IMG/VR virus record: IMGVR_UViG_2522572155_000001
Location: 32,001-96,000 of that record
Direction: 5' to 3' (one strand)
DNA from: a virus
Taxonomy: Duplodnaviria > Caudoviricetes
Length of the DNA: 64,000 bases
Shown: positions 17,101 through 25,814 of the stretch, in pieces
Position numbering within the stretch: the stretch's first letter is position 1
Layout of the letters: the number at the start of each line of letters is the position of its first letter
Program-made: the position numbers and the translations under genes
Notes under the pieces: generated by a model
Database searches by the model: none
The model's input: the letters and a program-made list of their open reading frames with translations, nothing else
Told to the model about the DNA's origin: nothing

Positions 17101-18936
17101 GTCGTGGGAGAACCATCCCTCGTCGGCGGGACGAATCTCGTACGGGTCTACAGAATCCGCGTTAGAGGGCGTTGACGCCTGACGAGTACTCGCCCACTCG
17201 TTCACACGCGCCATGTACTCGGGCTTCGGATCGGAGTTCTTCATCCCTAGCGGCTGGTCAACGCGCGCCATGTTCGACCGGAGGCCGGAGTAGAAGCTCA
17301 CATGCGGGATGTTGTCCGGGTCTCGGAGGGAGTGCGGGTAGTTCGACCAGCCAGCCGGGTCAATGCGGTGGTGAAGTTCCAGGACCGGGTGCCCTGCCGC
17401 CTTCGCATCCTCGTAGTACTCGGACAGCGGGCCGTAAGGGATGTCCACTCCGCTGTCATCCTCATCTGGGTCGAGCCAATCCCCCTGAGGGTGGCTGGCC
17501 CACATGCCCGCCGGAGAGTCGGAGTAGTCGCCGTTCCAGCAGTTGTGCATCAGTGCACCCTCGCGGTACACATCGCTCCAGGTGGTCGGACGGCGGATGG
17601 TCCAGCCGTCCGGGAAGGCGTGGACGACCTCGGACTGATCGGGTGCGCCAATGGCCGCCTCTACTTCGGCGGCGCGACGGAGCTTTTGCGTCCTGGTCTC
17701 CGCTCCCACGCGCTGGGAGTTTACAGAAGGCCCGTTCGCAGGCGCTGACGCGACGGTGCGATCGAAGAGCGACGCCTGTCCCTCGGGATCCTGGGTCGGC
17801 ACCACGGGCCACGGCTTGCCGTTGACGCCCGTGATGTTGACGGCGTCACCCGTGGGGACGCGCCACTCCTTGAGTGAGCCCATCGGGTAGCCGTGACCAT
17901 TCTTGACCGGCTGGGCCTCAACGACGCCGATGTGGTTCGGATTGACCTTAGCGAACCACTCGGGGTCGACACTAGTGAAGAGCGGGTCAGGCGGACCGCC
18001 GCTCCAGCCACGCATCGGCGCATACGGGTTACGCCACCACTCGAATGCCTCATGCGCCTGCTCCTCTGGCGAGAGGTGACGGTAGACGCTCTGGGCGGTG
18101 TAGATCGGCTTCTCAGGCGACCCGAGGGCGTAGGCGTCCTCGTAGGGGTAGTAGCCGTACTGCGCCCACTCCTCAGCCGGAAGGGTCTGAAATCCGCCGC
18201 TCATACCCTTTAGCGGGTGGCCCTCGGGTAGCAAGTGTGAGTAGAACGGCTTACGGCCCAGGAGGAGGTCATCAAGCGCGCGAGGATTGCCCCGCGACCA
18301 GTCATGGTCACCGAACATCTTGCGTAGCCACGGCTCCTTGGCTCCCTCGCCCTTCTCGGCCATCTCGACCAGGCGGTGGATCGGGAGGCGGCCGGAGGCA
18401 ACGTCGGCGCCCTCGCGCATGGCCATGAGGATGTTGTGCGCGATCGTCGGGTCGTCGGTCAGCGAGATCGTCTCATCGTCACCGCCGCCGAGTCCACGAC
18501 CGGCGTTGACGCCGTTGAGATCGAGTTCATGACGCGACCGCAGAACCCCGGACTTCAGAACGTCGGGCAGGTTCGTGGTGACGTGATAGAGCTTCTTCGG
18601 CAGCGGCTTCCAGGACCCGGTGTTCTCGTGGTACGGCGCCCAGGAGTTCGAGTCGGCCTCGTAACCGCTCGGGCGGTACCCGCGAGCCACCGCCTCTGCG
18701 GGGGTGAGACGGCCGGTCGCGATGGCATGGCGGGCGGCGCGATCCCACTCCTTCTCCAGGCTCCGAACCGTCTCGTGATCGCGGTCTAGGTGCCGCGTCC
18801 GCGCCCCGTAGTCCTCGTATGGCTCGTACGGCCGCTGCGAGGGATAGCCTCGATACTCGTCACGGGTCTGGTTGAGGATGTCGTGGTTCACCGGGATGAC
18901 CGGCATCGCCTTGCGCCTGAACGGATTACGCATCAT
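11191..18936 (-). CDS. giant polyvalent protein (two ART-like, two PcfJ-like, GNAT, ParB-N-like, Zn ribbons, HicA-like, Pol-beta nucleotidyltransferase)
   Basis: LYHVTT..ISLTDD..EWRV; EGALMHNC and EGDMMGHCVGSY; THPEHRGKGLF; LLDGWHR; GSLTTYQYADHSDVDV. Confidence 0.8.
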   Translation of the reverse strand: MMRNPFRRKAMPVIPVNHDILNQTRDEYRGYPSQRPYEPYEDYGARTRHLDRDHETVRSLEKEWDRAARHAIATGRLTPAEAVARGYRPSGYEADSNSWAPYHENTGSWKPLPKKLYHVTTNLPDVLKSGVLRSRHELDLNGVNAGRGLGGGDDETISLTDDPTIAHNILMAMREGADVASGRLPIHRLVEMAEKGEGAKEPWLRKMFGDHDWSRGNPRALDDLLLGRKPFYSHLLPEGHPLKGMSGGFQTLPAEEWAQYGYYPYEDAYALGSPEKPIYTAQSVYRHLSPEEQAHEAFEWWRNPYAPMRGWSGGPPDPLFTSVDPEWFAKVNPNHIGVVEAQPVKNGHGYPMGSLKEWRVPTGDAVNITGVNGKPWPVVPTQDPEGQASLFDRTVASAPANGPSVNSQRVGAETRTQKLRRAAEVEAAIGAPDQSEVVHAFPDGWTIRRPTTWSDVYREGALMHNCWNGDYSDSPAGMWASHPQGDWLDPDEDDSGVDIPYGPLSEYYEDAKAAGHPVLELHHRIDPAGWSNYPHSLRDPDNIPHVSFYSGLRSNMARVDQPLGMKNSDPKPEYMARVNEWASTRQASTPSNADSVDPYEIRPADEGWFSHDTGTFVPRFDSRGGDTLTTKHGQGDGRVAYYNGEPVASVTWQGVPGGIMLGSAYTHPEHRGKGLFNRLTEELRAGGQPIDAFHWDNPWLKNKVRDWSRMASAPPNGGSVESVAVISPEQVMEHMRALHKGSRGRSRVDNDIWWERMERKIHQHPSWTRTQHPLASIAGVGSLDVEPDRVNSLAQMPGPMPEVVIDHEGTLLDGWHRATVAHRRGDTHLPAYIPAAPAKASSVDQERTASTPLHMDWTPGEWGKGFLVNNEPVMWNVRAPGLAPHHDDVAATRCPWPQDYECPIVIHPSGWYTLSDSRSPDPNAIEKARRFAGGGLRFAPTYEHWEKMTRRSSVASARVRPYYRLLPSSIREQVLAEGMVPNPVTGNPMHFWDNLPEARRYAEICNGIEPHDLWEVHPRAVGRLKRDPWFKQVPADYWDPAPGRGRPGAWQSDVTHIAPERLRLVDDQDGEVTPSKTSAVNPPKRPYLMQFGAPCPRCGSDLSIVPEMNGYVCNGCSSGYTFGDRMKMHEQLIAPLGDALRALPETEHPLGPTTGSVTPSKWASVDEEWLLCPECGEHQMYLEQTGVPTLLCLGCGHRQMVGGDDPVPGREYPFEDMGAVPGEVDPRVLPEGLTPRQGATPHKSVKRRPHSHITTGQPCTCPWGAHTYMGRTASKFDWLAARPDMQTPEGEEFLRFLDEQGYRQADKLLPWVVREWRKGRLIPNDVGGLGVPGPGQSPLNPQTLAEIQRDLDQMKKARQGIDIMQLGAPELLTRITDWRADQEAKARKDLGEVVHEFPDGWTVRQLNNRHEMRDEGDMMGHCVGSYGDDAELGSSVFLSLRDRKNHPHATLQMTPDHAECANCGHDYGRYGHGQQCDHCGGVIRARVGPGSETTEYKGRSNQDVDDEYNDRMNEYLGTKGAEAAAYQPWWDDTYHMDGPESLTQLVGYNGGYVGGREHHLPDMHPYAQDQWYENEPEDYRIAQGDADEHGVEGPDLEIGDPNYEKIIGSMIEPDRFESSWNTWQDGRNQRVQVQPGYRPEWANFLLQHAKEAGHEDYLREALTEHMADNGVADWRKLRPLEFHQEIDPIAAQYYNHLGGALIPRWRSIEPYDPRPRPKRTPPGQETLFDRTVAKRHGPLQGGPVQSRNEHEEDRTHIGAGRPDDRRDLLGLPGADRAARADRRLSALPDAQSRLAANYKSEADFMAAEMPHWSLDKYNAQGHPMYSWPDANGNRHIVTGFGSVHGGGRGQPVPVQIGNIRRQLQRCEQGACDHVFTNAEHPMAQPVSTEDAQALFQRQLTHGQRVLLNGQPHYVTDIVNDPHEPLVSVVHAETGEENIVPPSQLRAARVATDFRRYPDSDLQMSAWNLMVNGDNLSRQDAIDRLVRIHPGTTPEMADKAMQNALMMWFEGESDGGPYEGPWWKRVIEEDINDSVKPDPRIPKRQGNVLDPIRDTLDPTVWDDPASPTPRLKHEHRLWIMDSIYSILSEAGYTGCEKWGSLYLTGSLTTYQYADHSDVDVSLFVDAEQFPEWSRSEMIGLMIQACDGLIMPGTTHELQTYVVARGIKPADLYQPGLRSGYNVIQDKWLVPPQPDLAHDPEHEENEAYTQALINADKMDRLLRYEPDKAVMFYRQLHRKRMRDQAAGKGDFAASNLTYKMLDNRGLLQQVTGLLAGAKLSSDVPDYFPEDWTPEPDPNTVPNHLITEYLKSLPPDKAEAEAETMARNIIEQQKAATGMDLIHDGKDYTDLLVYMKKVNLLGQCHNCHGTYKVVPGTGTLMGLPSDKCAYCRGDEKRPPPPRDLTVMKESEHGHPVVFDTTSKHNVTVEDQRQWSDYDECGQCGRPRSAHRYAEHELDEHRAIDEKLGYPRRSIEDFQGWQPIGLNHHFDGPPVEYHPWVEPQEHPNPCTETHHYDRESLEQAMRMGGGQFKDTYGTPHELINEGGHYRFRTVSEHNGSRNPYADPGFKVPVEDVHTALGYHQP
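15438..15465 (-). repeat. dif-like 28-bp site 6 (in-frame)
   Basis: ACGCCCTCTAA-GTGGGC-CTCTGTAGACG. Confidence 0.75.
15693..15720 (-). repeat. dif-like 28-bp site 5 (in-frame)
   Basis: ACGCCCTCTAA-GACATC-TGCTGTCAACC. Confidence 0.75.
16404..16431 (-). repeat. dif-like 28-bp site 4 (in-frame)
   Basis: GCGCCCGCTAA-GGCATC-TTCTGTAGACC. Confidence 0.8.
16773..16800 (-). repeat. dif-like 28-bp site 3 (in-frame)
   Basis: GCGCCCCCTAA-TGGCGG-TTCTGTAGAGT. Confidence 0.8.
17145..17172 (-). repeat. dif-like 28-bp site 2 (in-frame)
   Basis: ACGCCCTCTAA-CGCGGA-TTCTGTAGACC. Confidence 0.8.
17718..17745 (-). repeat. dif-like 28-bp site 1 (in-frame)
   Basis: GCGCCTGCGAA-CGGGCC-TTCTGTAAACT. Confidence 0.7.
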
Positions 18937-21900
18937 ACATTCTGGCCGCGCTCAGCAGCGTTTCCGGGTTGTTGGCCGCCGGGTCTTCGAGCACGATGTC
19001 GGTGAGGTGACGTAGTACCTCGCCCATCTGCGGGCCGGGCGTGAAGCCAGCACGGATGAGGTCGTGCCCGTTGATCGCCAGATGGCTCGCGTTCGTGGGC
19101 TCGCCCGCTTCACGTACTCTGTTCACCAGTTCGCGCTGCTTATCCACGTTGAGCTTCGGATCGCTCGGGTATTCCAGCTTGCCGCCCTGGTCGGCCTGGC
19201 GCAGGAGGAGAAGGTCATCGGCGTTCTCGTCGCCCACCTTGTTGATGAACTTTCGCGCGCCGTTGGTGGAGTGGAAGGCAGGGAACATGTGATGGCGCAC
19301 GATGTGCGTCATGTAGCCGATGTCGTCGTTGGAGACGCGGAGGTCACGCAAGTCCTGCTCGAACTGGTCAGCCCCGAGCGGAGCGTGGTCGGCTCCCCAT
19401 ACAGTGCGGGATCCGTTCGGATTCTCCTGGCGCCACTCGTAGTAGTGACCCTCGCCGTCCTGCCCGCAGGTGGGGCACACCTTGCCGGGGATCGGGTTCT
19501 TCACGCGTAGGCCGGTGGCGTGGTCGGTCTGCGAGCACGGCTTGCACTCGAACCACTGCGAGTCCACCTTGCCGTTGTCGTGGTTCGCCGCCGCTAGCTG
19601 GAGTAGCGGGTGTGCCCCGAGTTGCTTGGCGTGACGGAGGACGAGCAGGTTGTGCTCTCCGAGGTCGCCCTCGGGGTGATGCGGGTTGTACTGCTCGAAG
19701 CCCATCGTGCGGGCGAGGCCGGGTAGGAAGTAGGGGAGAGTGCCTGTCTCGTGCGCGAGCCGCAGCGACCGCTCGGTGTACGGCGCGGGCTTGGGTTCCC
19801 GCGTTTCGGGGTCGAGCCCGAACATCTTGAAGAGTTCATTGCGCTTGCGATCGGCCGGGAGGTGCACGAGGCGATCGGCGTACATCGCCATCTGTGCCTT
19901 GGTCATCTCGTCGGGTTCGAGTCCGTGGCGCGCGTTGAGCGCGAGCGCGCGCATGATCCGCAGCGGGTCGTCCTCGAAGCTCTTGGTCGAGGTGGTCGAG
20001 AACGTGCCGTGCCGGATGGCGTCGGCGCCGCCGTAGGGGTCCACGAGCTTGCCGGTGTCGAGGTCGACGCCCATCGCGTTGACATTGAAGTCTCGCCGGG
20101 CGAAGTCTTCCTCGGGGGTCATCGTATGGTCGGCCTGCACGTCGAAGTCGGTGTGCTCGGGGCCGGTCGAGCGCTCGCGACGGGGGAGGGCGATCTCGAT
20201 GACCTCGCCGTCCTGGCGATAGCGGATGACGCTGAAGTCCTGGCCGTGCTGCATGACCTTACCGGGGAGCCTGCGCAGGGCGGCCAGCACCTGCTGATGC
20301 GGGAGCCCGGTGACCATCAGGTCCAAGTCCTTGGGGGCCTCGCCCATGACGGCGTCGCGGACCGCGCCGCCGACCACGTAGACGTGCCCGCCCTCCTGCT
20401 TGAGGGCCTGGTAGACGCGCCAGGCAAGGTCATCCTGGGCGACGAGGTTGGCGATGTGCTGGCCGATCTCCATGTTGGACGTGATCGGCCGTGCCGACAC
20501 GGGCTGGTATGCGGGATTGGGGGCGAACTTCCAGCCTCCGGGGCCGTCGTCGCTGATGCCGGTCATGACGTGCGTGCCGACGATCGCGTGCGGAGGGATA
20601 GTGCCCTGGTGTGCGAGCGAGTGATGCTGGTCGCTTTCGAGGATCACTTGCGTGAGTTCGGGATTGTCTCCCAGGCCAACTCCCTCCGCCCACCTGCCCT
20701 TGTTGTCGTACTCGCCGGTGTCCCACATCCCAGTAGGAGTGGCGTCCTCGTCGGGGTTGATGTTCTCCGGGTCGAGATAGCGCGGATCTACCTCAACTAC
20801 CGTGGCGTCATCTGACGCGGTCGTGGGAGCGATGTTCCACGCAAAGTCCTTGTCGTTAGTTAGGTACACGTGGCCCGGGCGCGGGGTCATCCTCGGGTCC
20901 CAGTTATGCTGACCTAGCTCATCCCACGGACGCAGACCCTGGCGGGTGATGTCAGCGGCACGACTGCTCGTCGTGCCATGGTAGAGCTTCTCCCACTTAG
21001 GCCAACCCTGGTAGCGAGACCGTGCTAGTTCCGGCTGCGTCTCGTCCTCCCAATAGCCTTCATCAACCGGGCGGGCGACGCGTGCCAGCTTCGTGTCGTT
21101 ACCTGCGTCGTCGCGCAGATGGACCGACTTGATGACGAATTCCGGGTGCTGGTAATACCAGAGTTCCAGCATGTGCCGAACCGTGTAGGGCATGTTGGTG
21201 AGCGAGCGGACGATTACCTTGCCGCCCGGCTCGTATGTGCCCTCAACGATGCCGCCCGGGGTGAACTTGCCCTGGATGTCGGAGTGGCGCTCGCCGGGGT
21301 GACCGACTGTCACGGAGTCCTCGTCCACGTCATAGATGAACGGTACGGCACCTTCAAGGAGCTTGGAGGGATCCTGGTCGGCCGACCAGCGGTAGATACG
21401 GTGCCCGGCATGGATGAAGCCCATCCGGGTGAGGACGTGGAACTCTTCAGTCGCCGCAAGCCGCTGCCCGTCCGGCGAGTACTCAGCGGCGAGGTGCATG
21501 TGGAGGTCCGTGTAGACTCGCTGAAGGCGCGAGAGGATCGCGTCAGTGACGTGGAATCCCACGGGTGAGGAAATCCAGGTGAGCAACGGGCCTTCGAGGG
21601 CAGCGCAGCCAACCGGCGATCCGTTCTCGTAGGCCGTGTAGTAGGTGCTCTCTGCGTGGCGGAAGTAGCGGTGATTGACACCGGGTACCTTGTCTGCCTC
21701 TGCATTGCTCGTGCGGAGGATGACGCCCTCGAAACGGGAGAAGTTCGCCCCCGGAGGACCGGGCGGGCCATCCGGGTAAGCCGAGCGGGGCATAGGGAAG
21801 TGGCGCAGGAAGTAGTCGCGCACGAAGTCGTGCGTGGCGGGCACCACCGCACTGACACCGCCGTTCAGGAAGATGAGACGGTCGCCGCCAGCAACGTTGA

Positions 21901-23530
21901 CCGAATCGAACCCATTCGCGGCCAACCAGTTAGCCGCCTCAGCCAAGTCACTCTGCACGTCCCCCTCAAAGGCGTGCGGATCAGCCTTGATCTCCTCAGG
22001 ACTCCACGCCTGCCCGAAGCCAACCTGTCCAACCGGCTGATCGCCACGGTAGACGTAGATGCCGAACCCGCGAGTGGCGAGATCAGCATCCCAGGGCCAC
22101 GGCCCGCGTCCATGAGCCGCAACGACGTTCGTCGGCTCGAAGCTCTGCTCGGAGAAGTTGGGCGGGAAGGTGGCGTCCTGGTCAGGAAGCTCGGGGAACT
22201 TGGACGGCTGCACCGTGGTGTCGGTCGTCCCCATCGGCTCCTCCTGCTCACGGTGACGAATGTAGAGGTCCCAGCGGGGGAAAATCTGGTCGCACTCGGG
22301 GCACTTGAAGACTCCACCGGGCGCGCGCTCGTCACGCTGCGGCTCGTTGAAGAACTGGCCGCCCTCGGGCTCGTTGTCGGTTGGGCTCCAGAGGTTGTCG
22401 GTCTGTAGGTCTTCGATGCGCTTGACGACGTTATCCCCGGCCATCAGGCGCAGACCGCTGTCTGTTGCCCACTCGCTCAGTGCGGTGAACAGGTACGGGC
22501 GATCCCGGAAGCGCGCCACCTTGGCGACAGCACCTTCGATGTGAATCGCGCCGGTTACGGCGGCCTCCCTGGGTCCCACGCCGTAGTCAGCTTCGATCGC
22601 CGTGGCGAGGTCCCATGCGGAGCGCGCGAGCAGCAGATGCTCTGTATCAGGTAGCCAGGCGTAGATCAGGCGGGATGACTTCTTCGGAGCGAAGTCATCG
22701 TTGATCGGCTGCCCGCTGGAGTCCACGAGCCCGCCCCACTCCCAGCCCACGTGCTTGTCGTAGTCCTTGAGCACCCGCTCCAGGGCGTGGAGAGCGATGT
22801 TCGACCGTAGCTGCCAGTTGGCGCTGCCCATATTGACCGTCACGAATCCGGCGGCGAACGGGCCGGTGTGGTCGACCGGGATCCCGGCCTGGCGAGCTAG
22901 CTCCTCGTGGGAGTCGTCGGCCGAGAGATGAAGGTTGCCATTGCCGTAGACGACGTTGTAGGTCTTCGGGCCGTCCGGGGCTCCGGGGGTGTCGTGGAGA
23001 TAGCGCTGGTTGTAGTTCTCGACCGCCTGCGCCTCCTCGCCGGGGTAGGCGTCTCCGAGGTCGAACGCGAGCTTGGCGTAGCGGCCCTCTAGCGCGCGAT
23101 CGGCGCGCGACATGAAGCGGACAGTGCGCGGCTCCGGATCGATGTCCGGGATGACCTCATGCCCGGCGAAGATAGGATGAGTAGTTCGCTTGTAGAGCAT
23201 CGGTGCCGTCCTCCACCGAAGGTGCTCCGGGTGAAGCCGCAGGCCGGGATCCTCTTCGTCCAGCCGGATGCCCTCGATAGACGGATCGGCAGGCGGTAGG
23301 ACGTGGCGATCACCGCAGATATCCAGAGCGTGCTTGCCGTCCGTCCAAAAGTAACAACCATCCTTGCGCCCGACGTGTCCCCCGAGCTTGCTCTGAAGCC
23401 AGCGTGAGGTGACGTAGCACTGGCCCACCGCAGGTACCGGGTGACCACGAAAGGCGTCAGGGCGCGTGTCATCAGACCACGCCTGCGTCGCGGCATTCTG
23501 GAGGGCATGGATTTGATCCTGGCTAAGCAT
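18926..23530 (-). CDS. giant multidomain protein: YunG-like N-terminus, ART/Tpt1-like domain, C-terminal CCA-adding enzyme with HD domain
   Basis: GQCYVTS; LYHGTT..GLRP..VYLT; [37 protein letters not shown]. Confidence 0.85.
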   Translation of the reverse strand: MLSQDQIHALQNAATQAWSDDTRPDAFRGHPVPAVGQCYVTSRWLQSKLGGHVGRKDGCYFWTDGKHALDICGDRHVLPPADPSIEGIRLDEEDPGLRLHPEHLRWRTAPMLYKRTTHPIFAGHEVIPDIDPEPRTVRFMSRADRALEGRYAKLAFDLGDAYPGEEAQAVENYNQRYLHDTPGAPDGPKTYNVVYGNGNLHLSADDSHEELARQAGIPVDHTGPFAAGFVTVNMGSANWQLRSNIALHALERVLKDYDKHVGWEWGGLVDSSGQPINDDFAPKKSSRLIYAWLPDTEHLLLARSAWDLATAIEADYGVGPREAAVTGAIHIEGAVAKVARFRDRPYLFTALSEWATDSGLRLMAGDNVVKRIEDLQTDNLWSPTDNEPEGGQFFNEPQRDERAPGGVFKCPECDQIFPRWDLYIRHREQEEPMGTTDTTVQPSKFPELPDQDATFPPNFSEQSFEPTNVVAAHGRGPWPWDADLATRGFGIYVYRGDQPVGQVGFGQAWSPEEIKADPHAFEGDVQSDLAEAANWLAANGFDSVNVAGGDRLIFLNGGVSAVVPATHDFVRDYFLRHFPMPRSAYPDGPPGPPGANFSRFEGVILRTSNAEADKVPGVNHRYFRHAESTYYTAYENGSPVGCAALEGPLLTWISSPVGFHVTDAILSRLQRVYTDLHMHLAAEYSPDGQRLAATEEFHVLTRMGFIHAGHRIYRWSADQDPSKLLEGAVPFIYDVDEDSVTVGHPGERHSDIQGKFTPGGIVEGTYEPGGKVIVRSLTNMPYTVRHMLELWYYQHPEFVIKSVHLRDDAGNDTKLARVARPVDEGYWEDETQPELARSRYQGWPKWEKLYHGTTSSRAADITRQGLRPWDELGQHNWDPRMTPRPGHVYLTNDKDFAWNIAPTTASDDATVVEVDPRYLDPENINPDEDATPTGMWDTGEYDNKGRWAEGVGLGDNPELTQVILESDQHHSLAHQGTIPPHAIVGTHVMTGISDDGPGGWKFAPNPAYQPVSARPITSNMEIGQHIANLVAQDDLAWRVYQALKQEGGHVYVVGGAVRDAVMGEAPKDLDLMVTGLPHQQVLAALRRLPGKVMQHGQDFSVIRYRQDGEVIEIALPRRERSTGPEHTDFDVQADHTMTPEEDFARRDFNVNAMGVDLDTGKLVDPYGGADAIRHGTFSTTSTKSFEDDPLRIMRALALNARHGLEPDEMTKAQMAMYADRLVHLPADRKRNELFKMFGLDPETREPKPAPYTERSLRLAHETGTLPYFLPGLARTMGFEQYNPHHPEGDLGEHNLLVLRHAKQLGAHPLLQLAAANHDNGKVDSQWFECKPCSQTDHATGLRVKNPIPGKVCPTCGQDGEGHYYEWRQENPNGSRTVWGADHAPLGADQFEQDLRDLRVSNDDIGYMTHIVRHHMFPAFHSTNGARKFINKVGDENADDLLLLRQADQGGKLEYPSDPKLNVDKQRELVNRVREAGEPTNASHLAINGHDLIRAGFTPGPQMGEVLRHLTDIVLEDPAANNPETLLSAARMYDA

Positions 23531-24303
23531 TAGAAGTGGTTGATCGCGTCGTCTGCGTCCGGCGCATCCTGGACCGTCGGGCTCGGGTGATCCGGTTCCA
23601 GAAAGGGGTTACGGAAGGGAACTTCCTCTATGAGCTTCGGCACGGTATGCGCGCGGTAGGCGAAGATGCCTTCGAAGCGTCTGCCGCCGATGGTTACGCC
23701 CGCGAGCGGCATCTCCTTGACGTAGATGTCGGCTACCGACCGGCGATAGTCGAGCATGACGAGGATGCCAAGCACACCCTTGTATCCCATCTTCGCCGCC
23801 GTTTCGTTCTTACTAGCCTTCTCGCTTGGGCGTCCGGCGATGAAGCGATGGTTCTTTGCGTCTACCGCGACGGCCTTGACCTCGATGCCCCACTCTGCCG
23901 TGCCCCCGTCGAGGGGCGAGTTGTAGATATCGGACCACCATGTGATCGGCCCGTAACCCGGAATCTCTCCGAGGCCCTTCACGATGTTCTCGGCCAGCCG
24001 CCCCTGCTCGGTCGGAGAGAGCCCGACGATAGTGCGACCTCCCGGCGTGAAGCGACCCTGAGCGAACGGAGCCGGGTCGAGGAGGTTGTATGTCTTCCGG
24101 CACGACGGGCAGGTGAAGGCGTCATACTCGTCGTGCGTCGCCAGACGGTCCGGGTGGATGTGATAGTCGCACACCGGGTTGTAACACTTCTCGAACCCTG
24201 CCTGCTGGAGGGTGGCGGCTTCCTGAGCGGACCCCGCGACCTGACCCTCGGGCGAGGTGTCAACATTGTTCAGAGTCGAGACGGGGATCTGCTCAGGAGC
24301 CAT
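23530..24303 (-). CDS. Zn-finger + PD-(D/E)xK-like nuclease
   Basis: CPSC; PLDG..IEVK. Confidence 0.6.
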   Translation of the reverse strand: MAPEQIPVSTLNNVDTSPEGQVAGSAQEAATLQQAGFEKCYNPVCDYHIHPDRLATHDEYDAFTCPSCRKTYNLLDPAPFAQGRFTPGGRTIVGLSPTEQGRLAENIVKGLGEIPGYGPITWWSDIYNSPLDGGTAEWGIEVKAVAVDAKNHRFIAGRPSEKASKNETAAKMGYKGVLGILVMLDYRRSVADIYVKEMPLAGVTIGGRRFEGIFAYRAHTVPKLIEEVPFRNPFLEPDHPSPTVQDAPDADDAINHF

Positions 24304-24309
24304 TACCTA

Positions 24310-24528
24310 TTAGTCCTCAGGAGTAACGCGCTTCCAGTGCTCGGCCATAGCCGCTTCGAGTTCCGGTCCGTCACATGTAGAGCAGAGCCGGAGGGGGATG
24401 TCCTTGGCGAACTCCAAGGCGGTGATCTCGTCCGGGAGGACCACTAGCTCGCGCGGTGACTGACCGGCACGTTCGCGGTCCTTCTTGCATCCTTGGCAGT
24501 ACTTAGACGGGCTTGCATCCAACGCCAC
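24310..24528 (-). CDS. small Zn-finger protein
   Basis: CQGC...CSTC. Confidence 0.6.
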   Translation of the reverse strand: MALDASPSKYCQGCKKDRERAGQSPRELVVLPDEITALEFAKDIPLRLCSTCDGPELEAAMAEHWKRVTPED

Positions 24529-24721
24529 AGGTCAGTCCTCTCTTTCCGATCTTGCGGGCCTCCCGGCGGCACTTGACGCAGCGCGTCTCTCCTCCGGTGC
24601 ACTTGGCGAACTGCGCGGAGGGAGCGGCGTATACCGTGCCTCCGCACTCGCAGTTCCATTCATTCTTGATTGGGCGGTCATTCACCACCCGGCGGGAGAA
24701 GACGTGTCCCCTACCGTCCAT
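24503..24721 (-). CDS. small Cys-rich protein
   Basis: MDGRGHVF...CECG...CVKC. Confidence 0.5.
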   Translation of the reverse strand: MDGRGHVFSRRVVNDRPIKNEWNCECGGTVYAAPSAQFAKCTGGETRCVKCRREARKIGKRGLTCGVGCKPV

Positions 24722-25310
24722 TGCGCTTGCGCATCCTCTCTCGAATCGACTTCTGAAGTACCTCCTGGCCGAGTTCCATCGCCTCGGCTTCAAGAAGGTC
24801 AACCGAGTTCTGGTCCATGGCGGCCGAGATGCGGTTCGGGTACATGTCAACTACTCCGTGGACCTGTTCCTTCGTGATCCACATGAGCACGAAGCCCTCT
24901 GACCCACGCGCTTCCTCTACCGCGTGCTCGAAGAGCGCGCGGAGGTAGTCGCGGTTCTCCTGCTCATGGTTACCGCCGCAGCCCGGGCAGACATCATTCG
25001 CCCCGATGGGATTGTCGAGGTCTAGTACCTGTTCGGCGGCTTCGCGCTCGATCGCATCCTCTACGAAGTCCTTGACGCTCGGCGCCCGCACGACGTGGAA
25101 GTGACTCGGGTAGGTCCAACCGTCTTCCTGGCCGGGGCGGTAGAGCCAGTGATCGCGGTCCCACTTGACGTAGATCATCTCGAAGCCGTCCTCATCGACC
25201 TTGGCGTCAACGACGGTCCCTCGCCACCCAGCGGTAGCTACCACGTAGAAGTCGGCGCCGGACTCCGTTACCTCAACGGTGAGGCCAACGAGGTTCGTGA
25301 CATCGCTCAT
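24711..25310 (-). CDS. hypothetical protein
   Basis: ORF track; coupled junctions. Confidence 0.7.
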   Translation of the reverse strand: MSDVTNLVGLTVEVTESGADFYVVATAGWRGTVVDAKVDEDGFEMIYVKWDRDHWLYRPGQEDGWTYPSHFHVVRAPSVKDFVEDAIEREAAEQVLDLDNPIGANDVCPGCGGNHEQENRDYLRALFEHAVEEARGSEGFVLMWITKEQVHGVVDMYPNRISAAMDQNSVDLLEAEAMELGQEVLQKSIRERMRKRNGR

Positions 25311-25597
25311 GGCAGTAGCCGCCGCAAGCGGGGAACGAGGTCATCCACGAGTTCCTCCACGTGAATGTTGGTGAGCGGGTAGGTTTCGAGGTAATCGAGG
25401 ATGTCTCGAATCTCGGCCGCAAGGTCACGATCGCGAGCAGACACGCGGCCCCTCGCCTCAGCGACCTGAGCCTCAAGATCGGCGCGCACATCTTCGGCGT
25501 CAACGAACGAACCGAGAGTTTGCCCCGTGAACGGCGAGTCCTGGGAGTGGAAGCCGTAGCTGGGTGACCAGCCTGCGCGTCCGACCTCCTCACTCAT
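25307..25597 (-). CDS. hypothetical protein
   Basis: ORF track. Confidence 0.6.
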   Translation of the reverse strand: MSEEVGRAGWSPSYGFHSQDSPFTGQTLGSFVDAEDVRADLEAQVAEARGRVSARDRDLAAEIRDILDYLETYPLTNIHVEELVDDLVPRLRRLLP

Positions 25598-25814
25598 CCT
25601 CGGGCTCCTCGGCGGACTCGATGTAGCCTTCGAGCTTCAGGAGCGCGTCGGCTACGGCATTGGTCAGCGGTGAGCGGCGCACGCGCGTGTCTAGCTTGCG
25701 GTACTGCGACGCGAGGTCTTCCGCCTGGAGGACGTTGTGAACCGCGTTGAGGGTGTCCCGGATCAGGGTAAGGTCGCCTACGAGGATCGGTGCTTCCTTC
25801 GTGGGATCAGGCAT
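25590..25814 (-). CDS. hypothetical protein
   Basis: ORF track. Confidence 0.6.
   Translation of the reverse strand: MPDPTKEAPILVGDLTLIRDTLNAVHNVLQAEDLASQYRKLDTRVRRSPLTNAVADALLKLEGYIESAEEPEDE

Noticed and set aside
15438-17745. CRISPR array or integron attC interpretation of the 28-bp repeats
   Set aside because: Intervals are 255-711 bp of coding sequence, the repeats are not hairpin-forming attC structures, and no cas or intI gene is seen
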